A DNA stretch of 63,985 nt, filler included, from Craspedostauros australis (Eukaryota): NCBI GenBank assembly GCA_030167865.1. It is 13 parts of 13 records of this genome, joined end to end, with 100 filler letters (N's around TTAATTAATTAA, not from the genome) between each part and the next. Parts side by side here need not be neighbours in the genome. Positions count along the whole stretch, not along the records: positions 1 to 22,640 come from JALAGF010005945.1; 12 more parts are not named here. The stretch is one strand, 5' to 3'. Both the position numbers and the translations under genes were made by a program. Numbering within the stretch: the stretch's first letter is position 1; each line of letters begins with the position of its first letter. This document shows positions 1 to 11,500 of this stretch, one piece after another. A model generated the notes under the pieces. The model saw nothing but the letters and a program-made list of their open reading frames with translations. It had not been told where the DNA came from and made no database searches.

Positions 1-1005
1 GTTGGTGCGCCTGATAAGCCCAAGCCGAAGTATAGCCTCAAGAAATTCTTCCGCGAAAAAGAAATCCCCGCACTGGATTCGCTCACCAGCAAAATCAAGG
101 CTGAAACGGGCAAGAACGTGGTGATTCGGTACCAGATGGATGGCGCGGGGCCACACAGAGACACGGAACTACTTAGATTCATCAATGAGGAGTTCGACAG
201 TCGCGGATGGCACTTACGACTGCAACCACCAAATTCTCCCATCACGAATGTGAAAGACGATGCGATATTCCCAGCGATGTCGAAACACGTGTCAGCATAT
301 CAAGGTGAGCACCACGGAAGCCGATTGCTTACCACTGAGGCATTGTGGAAGGCCTGTGGAACCTGTTGGAAGCAATTTGGGCTGGACAAGGTGGCTAGCG
401 CGTATGTTCACCACCATCAGATCGCCTACGCAATTTGTGCTGCAAAAGGAGGTGACGAATTTGTGACGGAGAACAAGGGACTGCACATGAACGTGCGGAA
501 ATCAACGTCCACTGAATTCGACAAGGAGGGCAACGAGATCGGCGTTACCGTGTCTCACATAGACTTCGCGTTGGAAAAGGATGACACATCCAACACGACC
601 ACCAAGAAACCAACTGCAACAGGCAACAAAGGCAAATCAGCTGGCTTCAAATACACCAAGCCCAACATCGAAGGTATGTACAATGATGCACTTAAGGTGA
701 TGGCTGTCAGTGGACTGCAGTGCCTGAAAACGAACCTGCCAACAACCAGCAGCCTCATTCCGTTGCTGGAGAAGCAAATCGTTGAGACCATCAAGTGCAA
801 CAATGAGACTGAACAACAGAATAAAGGCAAGAAGAGAAAGAAGCAACCCAGCAAGAGCAAAGCCAAGATCATTGAGCCTTGCAACAACAACAACAGCAAC
901 ACCAAGGCAGCACCCACCATGAACGCATTCGAAGTGGCCATGTTCGCTGGCAAGGACGAGCATCACAGCAAAGCAGAGCAGGATACCAACACAGCAGAGA
1001 TGTAA
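1..1005 (+). mobile_element. Tc1/mariner-superfamily transposase, 3' part (5' end outside the window)
   Basis: Frame is open from base 1. It contains QMDGAGPH ... LQPPNSPITNVKD, matching the QQDNA.PH ... QPPNSPDLNVLD motifs around the 2nd and 3rd catalytic Asp of plant-type mariner transposases, with 38 residues between the two Asp. A K-rich low-complexity tail follows. No TIR found. Confidence 0.75.
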
Positions 1006-1378
1006 CTGCAAATCGTAGTAGTAGTGATTATATGTTATAGGCACACCTGTGATTGGAGTGCCTGTGTGCACATCGTCTGTTTGATGGCATGGAGGATTGT
1101 GTGGTGTGGTGTNNNNNNNNNNNNNNNNNNNNNNNNNNNNNNNNNNNNNNNNNNNNNNNNNNAGCAACACCAAGGCAGCACCCACCATGAACGCATTCGA
1201 AGTGGCCATGTTCGCTGGCAAGGACGAGCATCACAGCAAAGCAGAGGAGGATACCAACACAGCAGAGATGTAGCTGCAAATCGAAGTAGTAGTAGTATAT
1301 GTTATAGGCACACCTGTGATTGGAGTGCCTGTGTGCACATCGTCTGTTTGATGGCATGGAGGATTGTGTGGTGTGGTG
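895..1378. repeat. Near-identical duplicate (895-1112 vs 1163-1378) across an N gap, probably haplotype or assembly redundancy
   Basis: Same sequence on both sides of a 50-N gap with a few SNPs and small indels. Confidence 0.8.
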
Positions 1379-2568
1379 TGTGGTGTGGTGTGGTGTGTGA
1401 TGTTTGTTTTGTGTTTTGTGACGAGTGGTGTGAATTGTGTGACGCGGACCGTTATTTTTGTGTCGTGAATGGTGTGCGTTGTGGAGCCATCGCGTTGTGA
1501 AGCTGTCACGTTGTGTTGTGCCGCTCTGGTCGGAAAAATTCCAGCCGAACCACACACAAAAAACGCACCAAGGCCTCAACTGCGTCGATCGGCGTGCCAG
1601 CACAATCGGTGTGTGTTGCACAAACCAATCGAATGGCAAAGCCTCCTCTTGGTTGGTACCGCACTCGTACATCTGTACCACATCATACCATGCCAGAACT
1701 CCACTTCCTTTTCATCACACATGTGCAACCCTCGCGATCTTTGCTGCCGTCAAGTCCACGCGTCTGTACTCGTCACTGGAGCACCAACGATGCATCCTCT
1801 GATCATTCATCTCTGCTCGTGCCCTGCCGACGGCACCGCACTAGCACGATTGTCATGTATTGGAGCAGAGTAGAATAGAGCAGAGCGCAACAAATACACT
1901 CCATACAATGCTCGTATGCTATACTATGCTATGTTGTGATGTGCTNNNNNNNNNNNNNNNNNNNNNNNNNNNNNNNNNNNNNNNNNNNNNNNNNNTGTGG
2001 TGTGGTGTGGTGTGGTGTGTGATGTTTGTTTTGTGTTTTGTGACGAGTGGTGTGAATTGTGTGACGCGGACCGTTTTTTGTGTCGTGAATGGTGTGCGTC
2101 GTGGAGCCATCGCGTTGTGAAGCCGGCACGTTGTGTTGTGCCGCTCTGGTCGGAAAAATTCCAGCCGAACCACACACAAAAACGCTCCAAGGCCTCAACT
2201 GCGTCGATCGGAGCGCCAGCACAATCGGTGTGTGTNNNNNNNNNNNNNNNNNNNNNNNNNNNNNNNNNNNNNNNNNNNNNNNNNNNNNNNNNNNNNNNNN
2301 NNNNNNNNNNNNNNNNNNNNNNNNNNNNNNNNNNNNNNNNNNNNNNNNCCTCGCGATCTTTGCTGCCGTCAAGTCCACGCGTCTGTACTCGTCACTGGAG
2401 CACCAACGATGCATCCTCTGATCATTCATCTCTGCTCGTGCCCTGCCAACGACACTGCCACTAGCACGATCGTCATGTATTGGTAGAGCAGAGTAGAATA
2501 GAGCAGAGCGCAACGAATACACTCCATACAATGCTCGTATGCTATACTATGCTATGTTGTGATGTGCT
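1365..2568. repeat. Near-identical duplicate (about 1365-1945 vs 1996-2568) across N gaps, starting with a (GTGTG)n microsatellite
   Basis: Direct comparison of the two blocks shows only scattered SNPs and small indels. Confidence 0.75.
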
Positions 2569-2578
2569 AGTGCAGCTC

Positions 2579-5500
2579 CTACAATATATTACATACTCGT
2601 ACACTAAGAGCACAGTCCACTACTCCATGTACTGCTTCGGGCTTGCTAGATGGAGCAGATTGGACTTCCTCTCTTTGGGGTGCGTCGCCATTGGACGCCT
2701 CTTCGTTGATTGTCGCGTCCTCCTTGCCATCATGTTCGCATTCGTTCCGCTTGGCCTCCTGTCCTGTTTGTGTCGATTGGATGCTTTGCTCCTTCGCTGC
2801 AGAAGGGTCCATCTCTTCGCTGCCATCGCGTGTTGACGAAGACCCCATTACCTGACAGGGATCATCTTGTGCTGAACATGATCGAGTCTTTGCGCCGGTC
2901 TCGTCTTGCGGAGTGGGCACCGCAGATGCAGATGCCGTCTCCGAAATGATGGTTGTTTGTGAAGACTTCTTGGTGCTGGCATCGGCTTCTTTCGTTTGTG
3001 CGTTGTCTCTTGCACGTCCCATGGTGCTGAGAACCCCAATGGTGGCCAACGATGCAACAGCCAAGGCCAACAGCTGTGATGAGGTGATGCCCGCCTTCTG
3101 CTGACCTTTGCTCTCCTCAGACACCACTGCGCCTTGTTTTGCCTGTGAGTTTGTGGCTGTGGCCGTCGCGGATTGGGCCGGGTTGTCCACGACTTCATAG
3201 GGATCCATCTCGTGGCACACAATGACATCGCTGCTCTCACCATCGTACACCTCAAAGCTTGTGCTGTCGTTGTTCATGAGGTCGATGACTGGTGCTGCAC
3301 CAGCTGGGTTGCTGGTAGACTTGTCGGTGCCAGTGCTGTGTGCTGAATTGCGTGATGCAGGGGTGTCGTCTCCGTCACCAGTCCATGGATCCCCGTACGA
3401 ATGCTGCCCCTCCATGGAGTCGCTGATAACGATCACGCCATTGGAATGACTCTGCGATGGTCGATTCTGCTGGTGATCATCGTTACCCTCGTAGTCACTG
3501 GAGCAGTGGTCATCTTTGTCGTCGAGCACAATGATCTCTTCGACATTTCACGAGCGGGAGGCGCTCTCTGCTGGGTTTTTTTGCTCGATGGAATAATTCC
3601 CAGGTGACGCACCACCCTGGTTTCCGTGGTCGGTGACATCAATTGGGTCATGTCCAGTAGGAGCATCACCAACATCAGCATTGTCGCAATCCTTTTCTGC
3701 ATTCATCAACGACTTGGTCATGATCGCTGCGCCGACCCCAAGGACAACTGCTGCACCTGCGGCTACTCCAGTCGAGGCGTTCTTGGTGACATCGTCCAAT
3801 GACGACTTCGCTGAGCTGATCGACTTGTGGTATGAGTTACGCTCGATGTGACCAGTCGAAACAGTTGCTGATGCTTCTTGAGCGGCGTCGGCAACATCGT
3901 TTGTTAAGGCCGCAGACGCGTTGTCGGTGTAGCTGCTATCGACAGGATTCGAGTTGGCGCTTGCGCTCGTCACCACGCTGACTGCAGGGCTGCCATCATC
4001 TGTGACTTTGGCTTTGGCTGTGGTCGTGGTCGTGGTTTTGGCCGCAGCTGCCACAGATGCCGCCGTAACGACTGTTGCGGCCACGCCAATAGCTGCGGTG
4101 GTTTTCAATGCGTTGGCGTCGTCGTCCTTGCTGCTGTTGTCATCTTTCCCGAAGCCGCGATCGCTCTGTGTTGTGGATGGGCTTGATTGGTCTTGGTGCC
4201 CAACCAGCGCCCCAACCTTTTCCGAGTCAGAGTCCAACAGGCTGTTCAAGACGGACTCATTGAACGACGAAGGGCGTTCGTTTTCCGCAGAGCTGGAAGA
4301 CAACTTCCTGGTGGAAGCTGCACCAGATCTCACCGACTGTTCATTCTCGGAGACGGTGAATTCGGAGGTTGTGGATTGACTGCTGTTCGTTCCTCGCGCA
4401 GGCATGAGAACGTCCATGCTCTGGACGACTGGGGTGTCATTGGATGAACGTACGGTTTCCACGAGGTGGCCGACTATCACTGGGTTGGCTGCACCGGCGA
4501 CTAGTTCTTGCTCTTCAGATACCGGTTGACATGCGTCATTGCTGGCAGATTCGTCCTTGTTGCTGGCTTCGTATGAACTACCAGCAGCCAGTTTGGCCGC
4601 AGCAAGATCCATGATGTCTTCGAGAGGAGCCGGAGGAGGGCTGCTGGTCTCTGTGAGAGGTTCGATGCCTTCTCTCTGCATCTGCAAGTGAATCATTGCT
4701 GCAATCTTCACCTCGTAGTCGGATGATGTCGAAGAAGAGAGGTCGACGGCACGGACCTTGCCATTCTTGACACCTTCGGAACGATTTGTGTAGACGTCGC
4801 TGGATGCCAGGCTGGATGTTCCACTTGCGCTGCTCTCTGCCGACGGACGTGGCTGCTTGCTGCCACCGGCGTTCTGCGTTGTTTCTGTTGCTGTTCCACC
4901 GACGGATGATGATTTGTCTCGTGTGTTGGAAGATGATGCAGCTGCAGCTGCCACGGCCGCTGCAGTGCCAATTGCGGCTGCTCCGACCACGGCCCCAGAA
5001 ATGAAAATACCGTCGCTGGTGCTGCCATTGGAACGGTTGGAGCGTGACTCTCCGTTCGAGTACGTCGAATCGTCGTAGTATACCGATCTGCTTGACAACG
5101 TGTCGTTGCACCATGTAGGCCTGTGTGACGAGCTGGCTCCTGTGATTACGCTTGGTCGGCGGTGTTGGTGGAATTGTTGCGTGCTGGACGAGTCTGATTC
5201 GTTGAAGCGGACCGACTTTTGCGATCCTTCATCTATGACCGAAACGGCCCGCACTTCGATGTTGTCGGTCTGTTCTCCGCTGTCGGTAGCTTGCGTCATG
5301 GTCACAGGTGGGGGTTCGGCCTTTCGTGCCAATTTCTTGGCCTGCTGTTGATCGTTTGACTGCTGGTCGGCCTCGGACCCAGAAGACAAGGATGCGGAAC
5401 GCGCTGTTTGTGCCGGTTGCCGCTTATTTGGAGCAAGCACACGGTTCGCAACGTATGCTCCCGCTGGAAGATCGATGCCTGTTGCAGAGGCTGTTGGCGA

Positions 5501-6244
5501 CGCGATTCGGACCTGCATCATGCTGTTGTCGCGTCGCTGGTTGGAGACGCGATCCGTGACGTCCATGGATGTGGTCTGACCATGATTGCTGTGAATGCTT
5601 CAGATGGTGCTCTTTTTGGTTCCGGCGCTCGCATTCTTGCTTTGTCCAATCCTGGATGGTGGTTCCTTGCGAAGCGAATTGTTGTAGAACGTTGGCATCG
5701 ACTGAGAGGCAGCAATTGCACCGAAGGCTGCCACCGCCTGCTTACCACGCATCTTTCTGACCGAAGTAGGTGCAGGGATTACAGATACCGAACCTTCTGC
5801 CTCTTCCCTGGACTGTGCCACAATGGCAGGGCTGCTTCGGGCTTGGTTCTCTTCGACTCGGACGGAGCTCGACGCCACCGAGCATGCGCTGGTTGTGGCA
5901 TGTTGAGTGGGGTGTGTGGACTTGACTGAAGTTACTCCGCTGCCTGCCGTCGTGGCATCGCGTTGGTCGACGGATGTTGCGGTTGAGCGTCCGTAGTTTC
6001 CCCACCCTTCTCTGACTTGGATGCATCATTGCCGGCAGCCTTTCTTCCAAACATCGTCCCTACAAATCCCAACGTCGCGGACACAAGGCCCAGTTTGGCC
6101 CCTTGCTTGCGCTGCTGCTGCTGCTGCGATGGCAAAGATGACACCGTAGCATCGTGTGTGCTCGTTGCTTCGCACAGTCATCATGTTGTCTTGTGGAGGA
6201 AGAGTCACACGATGTCTCTTCCTCTGTTGAGACTCGTTTTTCAT
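2579..6244 (-). pseudogene. Long S/T/A/D-rich disordered protein gene with repeated hydrophobic Ala/Gly segments, broken by in-frame TGA codons and probably a 5' frameshift
   Basis: ORFs 5600-5878, 3548-5566 and 2579-3529 share one frame and are separated only by single TGA codons (5600-5602, 3548-3550), with coding-like sequence continuing through each. The 5932-6144 ORF, in another frame, has a similar hydrophobic motif. Confidence 0.6.
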
Positions 6245-7537
6245 GACGTGGAATCCGTTCCCTGTGACGTAGAAGACGGATCAGCTAGAGCAAACACGAA
6301 ATAGCTCTAAATATCCAATCGCCGTTTCTCCCAAAAGCAAGCAAACCAGTGGCAACAAGGGGCCAAAACTCCACAACTAGTGTTATCGTTGGTGCATCAA
6401 CTACGATTTGCACCTCGTACTATTCGAGTATGCAAATGCCGTACGAGCTGTACCCCCGCAGGTAATCGATGTTGGCGCTCTTACTACTACTCTTGCCGTT
6501 TCGAGCCAAAGGATCGATAAGAGACAAAAGAGGCCATTCTTCGACAGATCTTTTGCGCAGAAGGAGTTGACAGAGTTGGTCGTGATGGTACATTCTGCAG
6601 TAGAAGCGCTTCACGACAGGAACCACGTACTACTACTACTACTCCTCGTACTGTGCCTTGGGAAGACAGCAGAACGAGACGGGACGTAACAGGAATGGAA
6701 GAACAGCGGCAAGAAGGCTGATTCGCGAGGAACAAGTAGTGGGGAGGACGTGTGGATTGGCAAAACAGATGGCTTCGTCCAATGAACGGGTGTCTTTCGG
6801 ATGACACTAAGCGATGTTGGTCGACGTGGCCAATTACAGTTTGTGTTGTTATTGGCTGATCTAGGAATGCGACACAAACGGCTTGTTCTTTGTGGACATG
6901 GTGGTAGGACATGTACTGGGCGAGAGACACAAGAAAGACAGCACAGGGCAACAATGGGGGACGCACCGCTGTCATCCGCACACGCACGAATGTGGTTCAA
7001 TTCGACATCCTGGAGGCTTCTGATTGGTGGAGGCTCGGCACAGCAGATTGTGAAGTGGCCTGCACCAACGACCATGACGTAACGAGACACAACATACCAC
7101 GGCCTACGACAGCGTACGTCAATGTGCGACACGAGACAAGGGTGGGGAGCCACCACAAGAGAACACTGACGGCAACAGAACCAGCGGGCCACAGACATGA
7201 CAAAGCAACGACGAACGAACGAACGAGAAACGGCAGCGGTTGTTCCCATTGGTGCGGTGCCGCCAGAATGCTCTCTGCCTGTTGTCACAGTCTCGCACTA
7301 TCGTGGTGGTGCGACACGCTACGACCACACGCTGTACGAATACGCAGTTTCGTTGTGACAAAACAGCAACGACGTTGCGGATACAGTGGAGTCGAGCGCT
7401 CTGAACGACCCACAACGACAACGAAAGGTGTACAAGAGAGCGCAGAGCACACGGCGAAAGGTTTTGCGGACCATCCTGTCTCTCCGTGGCCTCCATTCGT
7501 ATTCGTGTCGGTACTCGCAACCAGGGACAGCACAGAT

Positions 7538-7602
7538 CAACGACAACAACGACAAGAACGACAACAACGACAACATCAAGAACAACAACAAAAGTAACAA
7601 CA
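7538..7602 (+). repeat. Imperfect (CAA/CGA)n microsatellite in the divergent intergenic region
   Basis: caacgacaacaacgacaagaacgacaacaacgacaacatcaagaacaacaac. Confidence 0.7.
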
Positions 7603-8548
7603 CTGTTCGACAGAGTCCAACATAGAGCAATCCAATCCATTGCTGTGTGGACTGAGGATCAACCAAATACGCTGGAAACCAACAAACGTGTGGTTTGTTG
7701 AACTTGCGCATTCGTGCTCGTACTTGTGCTCGTACTAGCACATGGCAGCACATACGTCGGCTGCTTCACAACTTCAACATCGACATCATCGACATCATCA
7801 GTATCGCACCAGCGACGGTATCAGACACGGTATCAGACACGGCATCAGCGACGGCATCAGAAGCAATTGCTACCATCGCCCCTGCTAGGACTGCCGGAAT
7901 TGGCATGAGTCGAAGGCTCGATTGCGACAACAGCAGCGACAATAGCAACAACAACGATTGGTGGTGGTACACTCGGTGATCAACAAGGCCGGCCAAACGA
8001 AACGGCGGCAACCAGTTGGGAATCGCATCCGGAAACCAGCACAAGAAAGCGGGAGATCTTGCGCCATCCTCTGTGTGGCAGTCCCTTTGTGGTGCAGCAA
8101 TCGGTTTCGCAGAAAGTGATCATTGCAGCCAAAACAGCTACAGCCCCAAAGAAGAAGCCGACAATCAAATCCACGCTGTTGGATTTGAGATCATCGGTCG
8201 CTGACGTACTCGAACTTGTGCGCAACAGCACCAACAACAGCACAAACAACGGCACCAACGGCAACAGGAACTCTCCTCGCAGAGCCCAACAAACGCAAGA
8301 GGCTCAGAAAGATCGCTCGAGTTCAGATTCGCATCAACCTCCGCATCGAACGATACAGAAACAGGACTTCGATACCAACAGAGTGAGTGCCAGTGCACTT
8401 CTATCGTGTATTACTTCCCACGCTGGTGCATCCTCCAGCACTCCGCAACAAAACGCGCCACACAACACACGAGTACGAGTACTACTGCAACCACACTCCA
8501 TCTTTGACCTGCCATACCAGACAGAAGTGGAGAGATCGGACCAGGACA

Positions 8549-11500
8549 ATGGTGGAACACATCGCTGCTGCAGCACCAATAGCTGCATCATCAACACCAG
8601 CCACAACAACAACTACAACGATGACAATGGCAGCTGCTACAGCCTCAGCTTCACAACCAGCACCCACCCCAGTTGCTGCTCCACTACACTCTCCTCCGAG
8701 GGCACGCGTTGCCCCTACCGCCCCTTCAGTTGCAACCGCAAGTGTGCAAGCAGCAACGACAACAGCAGCCACATGCCACGTTGGAAACACAATTGCAGCA
8801 GCAACCGGAAATGTGAGGATAAAGATGGAGGCGACAACGCCGATCGATCAGATTGCGCCGTCGCAGAAGAGGCAAAAGATCGAACCAACGATTGCTTCAT
8901 CAGTTGCCGTCATGCCACCAGCATCCGCAGCCACACCTCATGTGGCATTGCAGCACAAACAACAACAACAACCGTCACTGCAACAACCAATGCAACAACA
9001 AACACTCCAGCCAACACAGGGCCAAGCAGCGGCGCATGCAACGACCATCAAACTGGAACCTCAGGAACCGCCTCCTTCATCTTCTGTGGGCACTGCTCTC
9101 AGTGGTGCAAGCCCAACATCCCATCAGGCCGTCCCAGCTGCGCACCCTCCCGCTGCGCCTACAGCGATCGCACCAGCTGCAGCAATCCACACCCACACCC
9201 ACACCCACACAACCATGGCGAAACAGGAACCGCAAGTCCACATGCCATTGGTAACAGCAACAGCAGCAACAACTACTGCTAATGCCGCGAATGTCAATGT
9301 CAACATCAACGCAAGTGTTATCGCGAATGTTAATGCCAATGCTTCTACCACACTGACGCCCGCACCGGCACCGGCACAACCTCAAGCACACCTTCAAGCA
9401 CAGCCACCAATGCAACAAGTCACGCAGTCTGGATCTTCGGTGGTCACAGCATCGCCGCTTTCTTCATCGGCAGAGTCCTTGCCGAAACCAATGCATCCTA
9501 GAACAACGCGATCGACTCAACCGCAACAGCCACAACAACCTGTGCAACAACAACCTGTGCAACAACAACCTGTGCAACAACAACCTGCGCAACAACAACC
9601 TGTGCAACAACAACCTGTACAACAACAACCTGTGCAACAACAACCTGTCCAACAACCGCAAAGACAGCTACTGCAACCGATTGCACCATCGCCAACCGCA
9701 TTCCAGCCTCCTATCGCCACAGCAACAACTCAAACGCAAATCAAAACACAAATGCAAATGCAAACTCTACCTGCTACAATGACAACGGCAACGACATCAA
9801 CACAAATGCCAATGCCAATGTCAGCAACAACGAACACGGCACCGGCGGCAGTCGCAACGACTGTCACGGTTACTGGGTCCAGCATACAACCACCAACGGC
9901 TCCTATCCTTTCTACATCCACAGCTACACCTACGACCGCACCCACAACGGCACACCCCATACCTCAGACGCAGACGCAACCGCAACCGCAGATTGTCACA
10001 CATGCGACACACGCTACTACTATTACAACCGCCACACATGCAACATCCACCATGGCTACGCCCATCGCGCCAGCGCCGACGCAACAGCTCCCTGCGGCAC
10101 ATCCAACAGCAACAGCCGCTGCCCCAGTACAACAACCAGACGCGCCGCTCAAGTCGACGCGCATGTCACATCTCCGCACCAAGTACATCGGAGAGCTTGA
10201 GTACATGCTCCGAGAGTTCAAGAAGCTGGAACGCCAACTCCTGGGAGCTAAGGGCGGTGGGCAGCTGGAGGAATCGGCTGGTTCTCGTGAGCGACGCGAG
10301 AAACTGCATTCCTTCATCCTCCATTTGCAAGATACGGTGCGGCAGATTCAGGCCGGGTGTCAAGCAGAAGCCGAGGGCAGGAGCACCACTAGTGCCACTG
10401 CGACCGCACCAGGAAGCGCCGTGCCGCCAGCTGCAGCCGCAACGACGGTGACCGTCCCCAGCCACAACCAGGAGCAACCAGCAAGCAGCGACCATGCCAA
10501 GGTGCGGCTTGCCCAATCCTCGGCTCTGGCAAACATGACCAAGGAGAAGGAAGAGGAGGAGAATGTCCAAAAACTCGAGGAGCACATCCTCGCGAATTTG
10601 TTGCCCGTCAAGGTCCGTTTGAAGAAGCAGCTGGCGGCACAGCAAGGCGCGACGAGGAATCCAGTCGGAATGCCCCTGCGCAGAGGATCCATGCAACCGT
10701 CATCCGTGGCTCAGGGCAAGGGGACCTTCGCGGCAGCGGCGGAGCAGAGACGCAAGCAGGCGGAAGCCGCCAGGCTGGCGGCGTTGCAGCGTCAGGAGGC
10801 GCTCACTGCGGGAGAGCAATCGCCCGCTGTCGACGATCCCACTCAATTCGGCCAACCGCTTAGCGGCGGCGGTTCGTCACTCACGCAGAAGCTGCATGGA
10901 GCCACCTTGGGGTCCAAGCAGCGTGCTTACGGACACGGGGTGGGCAGCACCAAGGACATGGCCACGAGTGTCCCGACCGTTGAACGCAAAATACTCTATG
11001 CTGGCATGGTCCCGGGCAGCACACAGCACGAATCCAGCATTGCGGCTGCATCTGGTGCCCACGAGTTGGTCATCGATGATCCGGAGACGCTGTCCAGTCC
11101 ACCACCTCCAGCCCCAGTGGCGGGAGCAATCGTGGCACCAGCTGCTCCCGTTGCTCTCGTGCAACACCAACCGCACCATCCGTTGCAACCGCAACAACAG
11201 CATCAGCAAGCGATACCACTCGCCACGCAACAGCTTCCTCAGCACCATGCCATAGCACCCACGGTCCCGGTGGGACAACCAGCAGCGACCGTGGCAGTGC
11301 ACGCATCATTGCAGCCGAGAACAGTGCAGGTCGCGGCGACCACACCCCACGCTGCTGTTGCCGTTGTCCCACCAGTCGCAGCACGTCCGGTCATGCTTGC
11401 TCCGTCAAAGCCAAAGGCACAAGCGACCGCAGTGGCCATCGCTCCATCCAGAAAGCCACCACCAAAGCTGGCAGTGGCACCAAGAACAGCGACTGTCTCG

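Noticed and set aside
2579..6244. Alternative genetic code or selenoprotein (TGA as sense)
   Set aside because: TGA terminates the Nudix gene, long intact genes have no internal TGA and use TGG for Trp, the TGA contexts are not redox motifs, and no SECIS was evident.
6400..9282. ORFs 6611-7288, 6911-7597 and 8059-9282 and other overlapping or antisense ORFs
   Set aside because: Low-complexity or shadow frames of the real genes, with no recognisable domains.
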